NCBI GenBank assembly: GCA_030141605.1
Contig: JAQGDQ010000879.1
Location: forward strand, 1 to 64,000
From: Tubiluchus corallicola
Taxonomy: Eukaryota; Animalia; Priapulida
Direction of reading: 5' to 3'
DNA length: 64,000 bases
Positions within the stretch are counted from its first letter, which is position 1; every line of letters starts with the position of its first letter. Positions 25,726-38,486 of this stretch are shown here, piece by piece. A program made the position numbers and the translations under genes. The notes beneath the pieces are model-generated. The model was not told the origin of the DNA, searched no databases, and worked only from the letters and a program-made list of their open reading frames with translations.

Positions 25726-27455
25726 ATGGAGAAAGGTCGAGTAGAGGAGGTTCGTCCCTGTATACAAGAACGACGTAGACAAAGCCTTAGTCTTCCGCTC
25801 AGCGACCAGGCGTCGCCACCTCCGCGGCAAAGTGATTCACCGTCTCGCGTGGTTGATCACAGTGCAAGGACAACCGAACATTCACCGGTGAGAATAGCCA
25901 CTGATGGACATCGTCGACCAAGTCTTACGCTGACCACAGCTACAGGAGCCGTCAAGGAACTGGACATACCCATGAAAACTAGACGGAAATTGCCGGAAAT
26001 TGGTGATCGTAGGTCGAATATTGCCGTACAACTGGCGCACACTTTGTCAAAAATTGGCAGCGATAATGCACTGCTGGCTCGACACGATGAAATCAGGGAG
26101 GAAATGACATCAAACTTTCCTCGACGTCCTAGTCTGACCATTGATGCTATGTGCGCGGGTGCGGCAAAAAACGGAAGCCCCGAACTTTCACCTGGAATGC
26201 AACCAATCAGTGGAAGTGCACCAAGCAGCAGACGTACAAGCATGGCACTCCACAGCCCAAATGCTTCTCCAAATCTTTCACCTAAACTGACTCATAGGCT
26301 TTCAGATCAGGAAAGCAGACGATCGAGTAATGCAAGCTCATCTAGCGTACAGTCATTAAATGACATTTTTGATCATTATTTTCAAGTAGCAGAAGAAATG
26401 GCGAGGAAGAGTCCTATACTGGATTCTGAAAGTGTAATGGAAAATGGAGCTTCACTGTCTCCACGGATGAAGCATGTTAGGAGTCCCTGCTCCAGTCCTA
26501 GAAGTCGTAGTCCAGTAAACGTCATTGAAGAGTATCCTGGATCTGCTCATGCCACACATCGATCACCTTCTCCTTGCAGACGCAGAGACAGGTTTGCTGC
26601 AAATCGTCCCATTGAAATTGATCAGAAGGACTCGCTTTTTTGTTCACCTTCTCCTAGTCCGCCACAGAGAAAGTCCGATGCACGCTCACCAAAAATGAAA
26701 AAGAAGAAAACGTTTAGCAAGCGCCATAGCGATGTTGTTGATTATCATCCTTTAAAGAGACAAGCGGAATTTGATCTTGCTAAGCGCAGCTTATCACAGG
26801 ACAGGCGAAGCAGCGATAGTGTTGTTGTTAAAACAAACGATGGCGATGATATTAGTAGCGACTTGAAAAACATGTTAAAAATTACATGTGAGGCATTTTC
26901 CAATGAAGACATTGCTGATGAGAATAACACTGTAAATAATCTATTAAAACCATCAGATGCTGAACTAGAACTGTCAGAAAGTGGGAAACCTTTGTCGCCA
27001 TTGAGTGCTGCTCGCCGAAAAAGTGACTCATCGAACGAAAGTGCACCACGCCCAAAATCTCCACAGTTTGAAAAATGCCGCCGAAAAGGAAGGAGGCAAA
27101 GTGATAGCCTAGTTCTAGTTCAGAAACCCTACAAGGTTCGGCCGACGCCCACAAAACACCCACAACAACCGGGAAACAAACCAACCAATCTGAAAATAGA
27201 AAATCCCACTTACACCAAGATGCTTTCGGAAAGTAGGAATTCTCAGAAGTGGTCGGCAGTACAGCCGCCCGAACCCTCATGGTGGAGTGAACCAGACTGG
27301 GGTGATATACCACCAAGAATGAGAAACCGAAGCGTGTCTTCACCATCAAAACAGGTGAAAAAGTCAGGAAATATCATTGTTCCTCTAAATAAGAAGTTGC
27401 GCAAGCCAAAATCCATCTTTGAACCTACGGTATCAGCCCAGGAATATTACAGAAC
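25726..27455 (+). CDS. Large coding exon encoding a Ser/Arg/Pro-rich, probably disordered N-terminal region of an unidentified signalling protein; gene continues downstream
   Basis: 577-codon ORF (25726-27459), clearly more GC-rich than its flanks. Acceptor TTAATTTCAG|AATCATG lies before the start. The terminal ACG TAA overlaps the donor AC|GTAAGA (phase 2). At least nine [RK]RxS motifs and many SP sites; no domain recognised with confidence. Confidence 0.88.
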
Positions 27456-27705
27456 GTAAGAGCTTTCTTAATACTCTGATTAGCAATTCTCAAACTCTTA
27501 CTGGGTGACAGGTCTGTGTCGTAAGTACGGTTTGCAACTGCGCCATCTCTCGCAGCATTTTAGACAAATTTGCGTAATTTTTTTTTCAATGCGCAAAATA
27601 TTTGCGCATGTCCAAATCGTTTTTTAAGATTTTGTCTAAAAACCCAAATAAATAAGCGAATAAGCCCCTGTCAGCAATTTAATGAAGTCGGCAAGTCAAC
27701 CTTTA

Positions 27706-27753
27706 TAAATAAATAAACAAATAAATAAATAGATAAATAAATAAATAAATAGA

Positions 27754-27804
<51 letters not shown>

Positions 27805-27805
27805 A
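27706..27805. repeat. (TAAA)n microsatellite
   Basis: Directly visible, with a few TAGA/CAAA interruptions. Confidence 0.97.
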
Positions 27806-30103
27806 AATAAATTAATTAATAATCACAGATCAAATTGTCTAACTATTTCGAAAAAACATGTGAAATATTTGTTCGCGTTACCTATAGCGCTTTATAAGAT
27901 GCTTTCTGGCAGTCACTGAAAATAAACTGTTTGACGATTCGTGAACAAAAGGTATTCGAGTGATTTCTTTAGCTCAAGCTAGTTCGTCAAAACACATTAA
28001 TTTTTAGAATTTTTTAGTTAGATGTCTTACAACTTCAGAAGTAATATAACGCATCCGAAAGCTGTTATTTTAAAGACAGCAACGCTTGTTATGCCAGACT
28101 GTTATTCGCACTAGTGGTCTATTAACCAGGTAATAACATCATCATCATAATCACCCTCGTCACTGTCATTGTGATCACCTCCTTCACCATAATCATCAGT
28201 CACCGTCATCATTATCACGAAAATTAAGCCATAAACGAAATATTTGATAGATGCCCCGCGGCATTGGTACCATTTGATGAAATCGCTATCGAAGCTGTTC
28301 GGCTCAAAGATAAACTAGTGCAAGACAGGCCCAAAGATAAGCTTTCAGTTTCCAATCTCGTAATTGCTTTCAGTTTATCAATTTGATAATATTAAGCGGC
28401 AATAATAAGTTTCACGTTGGTTCTATAAAAAGCGTTATTATTGTGAAATTTATCTAAGCACACAGCAAATAATAACATTTGTTTTACGTTTAACAACAAA
28501 TGGACGGGGCACGGCAAAAACTTAAAATTTGCTTGCTTTTTTGCATTGTTGGGTATAATTTTATGTTGCTTTTGGAACCTTTTGAAACAGCACATAATCC
28601 ACTAGCCACAGCTGCCACACCAAATTGTGCTTATTCTTTTTCCTCGGTAGATGGCAGCAGTTGCTTGGTTGCTAGCGAATCGTAAACACATAACAGCCAC
28701 ATCGTGTTTTTAATCAGGTTTTACTGACTCAGATGGAAATAGTTCAAATAGCTTTGTTGTCGCTAGTTGTTCCACTCGTGATTGTAAGCTTCAAGGTTCT
28801 ATTGCAGATTTATGGAATAATTGCTACTATCGCCAGCGCTACTAAGATTTTTATTTACATGTCATTAACTCGTCGATCACGAAACCTGTCATTAACCACA
28901 AGTGACATTGCATTAAAGTAGTTGATCAAAGTTAGTTATTTTAGTAGTAAAATAGTAAAAAAATTCAGATAATTTTTTTTAATTGAAGCTGCAATTATTT
29001 ATTATCAAGCTGTTGCTGCAGTAATAACAGTTAATTGCTGTGGTTTTCAATGCGACCGCCCAGGCTTCACCGTTTTACTAGATTTTAAAATAAACTAGTG
29101 GCGTCACCTGGTAAAGGAATTTTTAAGTTTCTAAACATTAGTTTATGGTAAGGTATTGTAAAACAACGAAGTTGTGCTAGAGCTTTACAAAATGCCCATG
29201 GTAGTGACAGCTCTGGTGAAAAATCGGTTCTACGATTTTATTAAAACATTAGTTACGTCAATTGCATAATAAACACTTTCATCCCTAGATGCAATTAAGC
29301 GTGCTGCAGTTAACACTGATTCTGATTAATGGGTGCGCAAATATTTACGTTCCCCCTGTAAATTAATTTTCATGCCGTTTTTATGCAGTTTAATTGCGAG
29401 CCATGGCCTCAGTAATTATTAATAATTATAATTAATTACATTACACGAAGCCGTTAGAAAATTCAAGGAAATAAACAGCATATTATTTTTGGATGTTATG
29501 CTAAAGTATGCTTTTGGAGATTTTTAAGAATTTGCTTGCAGTCTTTCATGGGGTTATCATCATGTATACATTGCATCAATTTATTCACTTTTCGCTCTGA
29601 AATTCGAAATTTCCCAAAACTGCTTTCGATTGTAAACGCACTTTTAATACCAGGGTGCAAGACTGTATGCGTTACTCACAGTAATGGCAACTTATAATTA
29701 TTTAATTATAGGCAAGAATATCTTAGTCATAGATGTTCTACGCTAAACTGACAAGCAAGATTTGCAGAAAAAATAATTATGAACTAGTTAATTGAATTAA
29801 GTCGAATTGCGTTTATTATTTAGTGAGACTCCGTGAGACTTTTATAAGAATATATCAAATATAATATATGGCCAGTTGAATCAAACTTCACAGTAAGGGC
29901 ATTTAGTTATAATAATAAATGTTATTATAAATTTTCTAGAGTAACCTGAAACACTCTACCCTTCTTGTGAATGTATTTTATCCATGGTTTTATCCACGGT
30001 GTGCTCGACAGTGCAAACGTAGCAAAAAAGAGAAAAGACACATGTTAATTTAATTTGTTATTTCTGTATGAGTGAATGACATTAGCTTGTACTCTGGGCT
30101 CAG

Positions 30104-30347
30104 TGCCAAAGAACTGCCTGGTCAATGCCAAAGACTTGCCTGGTCAATGCCAAAAACCTGCCTGGGACAATACCAAAGACTCGCATGCTCAATGCCAAAA
30201 ACCTGCCTGGAACAATACCAAAGACTTGCATGGTCAATGCCAAAGACCTGCCTGGTCAATACCAAAGACTTGCATGGTCAATGCCAATAACCTGCCTGGG
30301 TCAACGCCAAAGACTCGCATGCTCAATGCCAAAAACCTGCCTGGAAA
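30104..30347. repeat. 22/23-bp minisatellite, about 11 units, with alternating variants
   Basis: Units such as TGCCAAAAACCTGCCTGG(G/A)ACAA alternate with TACCAAAGACT(C/T)GCATG(C/G)TCAA. Confidence 0.95.
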
Positions 30348-30718
30348 TGCCTTTTCTTCCGCAGTTTGTTTAGGTTTATTAATTTGAACTGCTGGCAGGC
30401 TTGAAAGCATTGGCTTGTTTTCTTATATTATCTGACACAAGTCATTTATGACATAATTTCCTGTGGTTGAATCCAAGATGCTGAAAGAAATAAATAGTTT
30501 CAGCAACGTTAGAACGTTAACAAGCAGCTACTTATTCAGTGATTAACTTCTATTACTCCGGCTGCTAGCGGCAAATTAATTAAATATTTCAAATAAAGCA
30601 AATTTGATTTTAGCATAAACAAAATATTACCATATTTATATATTATTTATTTATTAATTTATTATATTGTTAATATAGAACTTATTTCTATATAGGTATA
30701 TATATATATATATATTAA

Positions 30719-31170
30719 CCCTTTCAGTCCCAAATTATTTTTTTAATAAGAAAACATTTTTTGGCTTGGTACTTTTGTTCAGTATGTCCATCTTGTTTAC
30801 ACATAATAATTATTTTTTCTACTTGTGTGCTAAATATAGCCTGTATCCCACGGGATACATTGGGATTCAATGGAAGCATAAAATGTGCTTCATTTTGCAA
30901 CTACTGATAATTTTTTAAAGTATTTAAGACATTTAGTATGCACGCTATGCTGATCTGTACAAAGTCATCCCTAAAGTACTGTACCTTGCACAGTTTTTAT
31001 GCTATGTAGATTTTCTGGTTTGCCGTTTTATCACCATTTTTAGCCTATTGTTATTGGCTTAAATCAAAATAACTATTAACAGATCAAATAACTGTCAGTT
31101 TTAAAATTTTATAAATTTTAAAGGCAGAAAATATTATCGTATCCCACGGGATACAACGGGTATGAAAGGG
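30719..31170. mobile_element. piggyBac-like MITE (452 bp)
   Basis: TTAA|CCCTTTCAGTCCC ... GGGTATGAAAGGG|TTAA: TTAA target duplication and CCC...GGG termini with an 11/13 TIR match. The internal palindrome GTATCCCACGGGATAC occurs at about 30843 and about 31139. Confidence 0.9.
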
Positions 31171-33315
31171 TTAATATAGGTACCTTATTTATAGAACTTT
31201 TAATTTCTTCGATTTGAATAAGATCGTGCTTGAATTTATTAAATTTTATTTATTTATTTATATTTATGTTCATTTCAGAATCATTTCTTTTGCCTATAAA
31301 ACAATTGCAAATTTTACAATCACAATGAAATATAATAATATGCACGATTAAAAAGGATCAAAAATTATCTCACAAACAACCATCGCCAGCAGGTAAAAAT
31401 TTCGCAAGATCCGCGTGTACGATTTCCGTTTCCGTTCTCGTAGGCTAGATTTTGCTCTATTTCAAAGGACCCAAAATCTTAACACACGATATTAACAAAG
31501 GGGCTGATCCTGCTTTCTGAGCATTCCAAGATGAACTCTAACTAGAAGCTTCCACAAAATTTCACGTTACAGAGCTCTGACAATGATTGCGAATGACATT
31601 GCAATTTAATTTAGGTTTACGTTAAGGTAATTGTCCTCATCAGTGTTTCGATACCAATGCCTAATTGAACAGAGCAGTACGTTGTAAGAGTAGTTAGCAG
31701 TAGTGGCGCAAAGGCCTCATTATAATCAATTGTGAGATTTGCTAAATGCACAGACGGCTAGCTTATATTGCTTCACTGGTCATTGTGGGTCCCAATCAAA
31801 ACTTATACAGGGCGTCCGAAAACAGAAATAGTGCAGTAGAAATATGGCAAACATGAAAACAATGAAAATTGACTTCTGCTTTGTGAAGTAACGATGACGT
31901 AAAATAATATTATATTTCTACATAATTATACATTATTTAGATCATTATTTCGTTCATTACGTCACATCATTATACCGCCATCAAGTGAAACTGCAATAAA
32001 TAGCTCGACAGTCACTGATCCATTTATAAATTAAGTTTGGCGTTACTTAATTTTACATCTTGACCATTTAGTTATTTTCCTTAGCCCAAATTCAAAATGT
32101 GCAGAAAAACTGTTCTTAATCGATTCCCCAACCCCACATACTTCAAGGCAACCTGAGTACTAGTAATTTTCGTTTTTCTGTTAAAGTCGCATTCCTGTTT
32201 ATTTATTTACTTATTTATTCATTTAGTTATTAAAAATACGCCAGCTAAATGTGGCTCCTATTTACAAGAAAACAACACTAAAACGAAATTAAAAATTTTC
32301 ATACAATCTCAATTACAATTATAGTTAAAATTTACAATTATAGCTAGCTGTTACCGCATTAAAATTTTTAAAGTTCTTTGTAAGTTACACTCACGCATCT
32401 TAACAACGTTATATATATATATATTACAAGCACATCTAATAAGCGTGTAAATTATATCAGCAAAATTTCAAGAAAATAATGTAAACATTCTGTGGTACAT
32501 TTAAGTTTTCTGAAAGCCATACAGCCTGTCACGCATGTTAATAAGGCTAAGCAGAAATTTGCTACGGCGATCGTAATTGCTACTTTAAATGCTTCCATAA
32601 AATTAGAAGCCTTTAGTTACATTTACTGCATGATTATACGCTGCACATTTCGTTATTTATTTTACCGTATTTCTCCGGTTTTAACAGTTTGTAACATGTT
32701 ATATTACAGTTTGGAAAACGGTCATATTACGTAGGCAGGCTAATGTTTTGCTAATGTGCAATTATATGCTGGATTTTGGTTTAACACTTTTTAGCTTCTG
32801 TTGTCGGACAGCCCTCAAAGCGTAACAAACTGCACACAGTTCACGACAACATGCACGCGTTCTCTGAAAAGTAAAGATTTCTCTGAAAAATAACCAGGCA
32901 GCAAATAAGTGTTTTAATATCGCGCGGTGGATCAAAAGTTGTTCTAATTCGCCTTGTTAATGGCTTCCATAACTAAATATTGATGCAGTACACATTGCGC
33001 CACGATTTGAATTGTCTACAATCAAATGTCACGACTTCAAAGGTCTGAATGGATGGAATTGCACTAAATAGCCTATTGCCACTTCGATGCTTCTTTCTGA
33101 CAAACTGCTGCTACAACCATCATCCGTGATATGAGTATTGCTTTACGCCGTTTCGCATTTTCAGAAACGGCACCGGCAAGACGACGCGGCATCCGGAAAC
33201 ATCGCTATTCACACATAACTAACAACACAACCATAAACACAATGTGGAGAGAGATAAACCAGTCAAATTATTTGATTATTCCGTAATAATTGTCAGTTTT
33301 TTCACCCGCTTCCAG

Positions 33316-33347
33316 GACAGCCGAGATCAAATGTGAACGGACTCGAA
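33316..33347 (+). other. Candidate small or 5' UTR exon end
   Basis: Pyrimidine tract plus TTCCAG| and donor AA|GTAAGA. It follows a relatively CpG-rich stretch (33140-33210). Confidence 0.25.
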
Positions 33348-34017
33348 GTAAGAGTTGCTGAATTTTGTCCTGTTTTATTTTGCATTCTCGTCGTTTAAAG
33401 TTACGCATAACATTTTATAGCTTTACGAAATCAGTTCAGCGAAGAATCAACTAAATTAGTCTGATCTCTTTAACGAAATCTTTATAAGCACAACTGGTTT
33501 AGCATAAAAATCTGCAGTGTAGTAAAATTGTGTAGAAAAGTTTGTGAGGCAACTGACTTTGAATTAACATTAAACTTTCTTGCTGTCTGACACGTTTTTT
33601 GTCCTTCACACACCTTTCACAGAGACAGCAAACTCAGTAACTGAGGCAATAATTGCTGAAACAAAAGTTAGAAAATCCTTTTAATATTCTCTTGGTATTT
33701 TCCTTTTTAAATTTACTGGAATTTTGTTGGAAATTTACTGGAGTTCCGCGGCAATTTTGTTGACCGTGAGCAGCACTTCCACAAATCAGTCGGCTTCTCC
33801 TTCACCTTCTCTAAGGAGCAATAATTAAAATTTGTTTGACACTTTGTCAATTTCTCTAAATTTCACAAAGAACTCAACTGTGATCGACCAGGCTCATTAA
33901 GCCTAATGAATTATTTTAAATAAAGTAGAAAGAAAAAATGTGAAAAAATTATGAGCCTTTTGATATCCGGGTATCTTCATATCACATAGTAATACTTTAT
34001 TGCTATGATTTTAATTA

Positions 34018-34285
<268 letters not shown>

Positions 34286-35577
34286 GATGTTCAGATACAG
34301 ACAGACTGGTGTTAACGATTTTAAAGATTTCATACAATATGAATGTATTACATGACGTGGTAACAAAGAAAGCATTCTTTCTAATTTCTAATTGGATTAA
34401 CCTGCACACAAACACACCTACAAACGCACTCTGTTATGCCCATCTCACGAATTTGAAACCATACTCGCGTGCCTTAAGTGATAAAATTCATTATTGTGTC
34501 GATGTAATGCAAGTGAATTTAAATTATTTTGTCTATTAGAATTTTGACGTCATTCTTCAAAAATATGGGCAGATATTAAACTTTATTTGATTTGGATTTT
34601 ATGAGTTTAATCAGTTAATCGAGACTGACTACTTTAGTCCAGCCAGCGAAGTTTATTACAGGCTTACAGAAATGCATTTACACGCAATCCATCTGTCCAA
34701 TCAAAAACATTTCCCGCCAATATTTCCGGTCACAAAATATTGCCGTAACGATCGTCGTTTTCTGGTATTTTGCGTATATTAGCTTGACTTCATCACATAA
34801 AGACTCCTTCGTTGCGGTGTGGAATAAAATTTGTTCTGCAGGGTTGTGTTTTGACTTTTGATGAAGATTGTCTGTCACCTCGAAAAAAGTGCAAGATTTA
34901 ACCAGGATAGAAATCGGTATTTAGGCATTTCAGAAACTTCTAAGATGATGTATATTTAAAGAAGAACTATATTTAAGGATGGACAAAACAAAATTATTAA
35001 CCTAATTTATCTATGATTTAATGCCAGTAACCGTGACAGTGTAGTACATATGTATTCTCTGTTTATGCAAATTAGATAAGTTTAGATTTTGTGGGCCACA
35101 CATTAAAAAGTGAGTAAAAAATAATGTAAATACGCACCATTTAACATGCAACCGCATTCAAGCATTCAATAAAATTAATATTAAAGATTAATTATTTACA
35201 AAACGAAACAAAAGAGTTGCAACTATACTGACCCCTTACTTTTTAATTTATTAGACATCTCTATGATTGATTGATTTGCTTTGCGAATGTTCAAACAGCA
35301 CATTATATTTTTTTCTTGATCTTTGTCTAGTGAATCATTTTGCTGGCATAAGAAATTGAGCAGTTTAACTTAGGATACTAAAGATTGTTGATACAAAATA
35401 TTGAAAGTTTGTTGTAGCTGTTAAACTTTATCTGTGGTAACAGTTTACTTTAGTTCGCAGGGGTACCTTCTGAAATTATAGCTAAGTAAAGCTAAGTAAA
35501 GAAAAGCGTATAAATTAACAATATCGATACGCCATAATTTCTGAATTTCGTGTGTGAATCATCTGCAGATAGACACA

Positions 35578-35777
35578 ATGTTTTCTTCGGTTTGTGATTT
35601 ACGACGAAAAGTCGGACAGCAGTTAAACCAAATCTGGACATCCGGTGTAAGCAGTGTTTGTGACTTGGACAACAAACCGTCAAATGCTTGGCACGATATA
35701 AGTAACATGAAATATTCTCTCACCACATCCGCACTTTACTCGGACATTAAATCAAGCAACATAAATTTCAGAAAAAC
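35578..35777 (+). CDS. Candidate alternative first coding exon (MFSSVCDLRRKVGQQLNQIW...SSNINFRKT, phase-2 donor)
   Basis: Possible acceptor CTGCAG| at 35568 and ATG at 35578. 66 open codons plus 2 nt, then donor AC|GTAAGT, which supplies the ORF's TAA. Same architecture as the large exon. Confidence 0.55.
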
Positions 35778-36014
35778 GTAAGTATTCTTAACGCTATATA
35801 TCACGTAACAGGCAGGCAGTTTGTTACGCAGTTTGCCATTATGCAAGTCCTCATGGACGGAGCCTGTTTAACGTAGATGGTTGAATACGTAAATTGGTGA
35901 TCGAAATCTATTGCGATTTATTGTATCACGATTGATATGGAGCCTGGGTACATCTCACTGATTAGTAAGAAAACTTCAATCGCATAATTTGCAAAATCTG
36001 AATCAAGTTGTTAA

Positions 36015-36594
36015 AGCAAAACCGGACCCAATCTTAAACTGTAGATCAGAACAGTCTACTCTTTAGAATATTGAAAGAATCATTACCACACAAGCACAAT
36101 TTCACTTTCGCGCTACTAGTTCTTCGTGTTACATGCATTTCGCCATTCCCTAGTTAGACAGGCACTAGCGCATGCATTTCGGAAACGCATTGCACAAAAA
36201 CAGGTATTGTACCTCTCAGTTCAGATGTGTTAGTTTGTGACGAACTACACACGTTCGACAACTAATGCGTGAGCATAGCGGTAAATTTAAAATTTGAATT
36301 TTTATCTTAAAACTGGCCGAGTTTTAGTACAACACACCGAATATCTTAACAGTAGCACTGTACTTCAATTTTCGCTTTCGCAAACACGTGCAACACGCTC
36401 ATGGAATGTTTTTGCTGTTGAAAATTATGTTAGCTTGTAGTGTCATCAATAGTTGAGCTCGCCCGCCGTTAATTATGCTTTTTATCTATTATTTAATTAT
36501 CAGAAACGCTTTTGCAGTATTAATTGTGTTAAGATGCATACTTTTTATCGGACTTGAAAATAGGGTAGTATATGAAAAATCGTCCTGTCTTCCT
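36015..36594 (-). mobile_element. Kolobok-like non-autonomous DNA transposon, copy 2
   Basis: TTAA|AGCAAAACCGGAC ... GTCCTGTCTTCCT|TTAA; diverged reverse-complement copy of 19056-19645. Confidence 0.85.
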
Positions 36595-37530
36595 TTAAAC
36601 AACGATCAAGTTGTTGAGCTTCTTGCTAAATTAACAAAACCTTGCTTTTGTTGTCAAGCATGCGTTGTAAAACTCGCATAGTCTTATGAGACTTTTGCGT
36701 GATTCTGCACACCTTTCAGTGACATTAAGCTTGAGTATTGGCTTAGTTGCACATTATACAGATCGTATTAGTCAATGTTGGGTGTCATTTTAGTCTAGGA
36801 AACAATAAACAGTTACTATAAATCTACTGATTGGCTTCAGTAATACATTGTGCCGGCAATGAAAAAGGAAAATATTTGGCAGCTGTTTCAGAACTACTCT
36901 CCTCGACTTTACAGCTAGCTTTAGAGCGTTTGTATGACCACAGAATTTGTTCTGCGTCTGTAATAAACGTGTTGTGGAAAGTAAATTGATTAACATATAA
37001 TCAATAAATATATAATCAGTGTGTTGTTTGTCATTATAAAAATAAGGAAAGAAACCACCAAAACAAATTATGGCCTGACGCAGAACGCCAGCTGACCTTT
37101 GGAGTATACTTAAATGCTACTTCACTTAATTAGGAATAGAAGCTCACGCCTGAATACCAATAACTGGCCTTAGGCATCTATGATTGACGTTTTCTTCTGT
37201 AGTGGTCTTATTATTAGAAACAAATATTGTAATAAGCAGTTGCGATAGAGATGGTTGATTGATCACGCTGTAGTGATGTGAAAAGTGATCAAAGTTGGAT
37301 TAGAGATTTTTGAAAATATCCGAAGTGTCATCGCACTGAAAGAGTTTGCTCGGGATTCAAATTTAATTAGATTACGTACACGATAACGTCATGTTTATAC
37401 GAAATAGGATGTAAGTACAGTGTTTTTGCTGCATCATAATACACATTAATTTTTGAGTTTAGCATTGTAGAATAGAATTTGTTCAATCTAAAAGTTTCGT
37501 CTAGCCCACGGTTCCGTCATAATTTATCCT

Positions 37531-37776
37531 CAGTGCCTCTAGCGTTCAAACTCTGCACTTTATACCGATGGCAGTGCCTCTAGCGTTCAAACTCTGCACT
37601 TTATACCGATGGCAGTGCCTCTAGCGTTCAAACTCTGCACTTTATACCGATGGCAGTGCCTCTAGCGTTCAAACTCTGCACTTTATACCGATGGCAGTGC
37701 CTCTAGCGTTCAAACTCTGCACTTTATACCGATGGCAGTGCCTCTAGCGTTCGAACTCTGCACTTTATACCGATGG
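37531..37776. repeat. 41-bp minisatellite, 6 copies
   Basis: CAGTGCCTCTAGCGTTCAAACTCTGCACTTTATACCGATGG x6, head to tail, with one substitution in the last copy and no spacers. Confidence 0.98.
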
Positions 37777-37817
37777 CAGCAACTAAATGGCAGTTTTATC
37801 GTTCTGCAGTTCTGATG

Positions 37818-38486
37818 TTTTAATCACAAACGCCAACACCTTTTATTAAAATGAAATAAAAGCTTTGAAACAAATGTTTTCTGCAGTAAAACCATCTTCT
37901 GGGTTAAACATAAAAATAATGCAAAATAATGTAATTATAAATTAACTGCGTGCAAAGAGACAACTCACAGAAGTGACAAATTTCAATAAATGGTATTAAG
38001 TTAGTCACACCATTAATCCAATATTAATTCACTTATGCAGAATACACATCATCACTTATGCAGCATACACATCGTAACTTATGTAGCATACACATCGTAA
38101 CTTATGTAGCATACACATGGTAACTTATGTAGCACACACATCGTCACTTATGCAGCATACACGTTTTTAATCACAAACGCCAACTCCTTTTATAAAATGA
38201 AAGAGAAGCTTTGAACCAAATGTTTTTTGCAATAAAACCATCTTCAGGGTTAAACATAAAAATAATGCAAAATAATGTAGTTATAAATTAACTGCGTGCA
38301 AAGAGACAACTCACAGAAGTGACAAATTTCAATAAATGGTATTAGTCACACCATTAATCCAATATTAATTCACTTATGTAGCATACACATCGTAACTTAT
38401 GTAGCATACACATCGTCACTTATGTAGCATACACATCGTAACTTATGTAGCATACACATCGTCACGTATGTAGCATACACATCGTG
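37818..38486. repeat. Tandem duplication of an approximately 345-bp unit, each copy ending in a 23-bp minisatellite
   Basis: TTTTAATCACAAACGCCAAC... starts at 37818 and about 38164. (C/A)ACTTATG(C/T)AGCATACACATCGT occurs about 6 times (38029-38162) and about 5 times (38371-38486). Confidence 0.95.

Noticed and set aside
25857-27349. Antisense ORFs (128, 61 and 155 aa)
   Set aside because: Shadows of the GC-richer + strand exon.
30072-30387. Three overlapping ORFs with repeated peptides
   Set aside because: They arise from a 22/23-bp minisatellite whose motifs drift between frames.
31279-31350. Possible second exon after the large exon (CATTTCAG acceptor)
   Set aside because: The phase-2 frame gives an AT-rich uninformative peptide that stops before a good donor.
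37531-37776. Possible CRISPR array (41-bp repeats)
   Set aside because: Units are head to tail with no unique spacers, there are no cas genes, and the context is eukaryotic.
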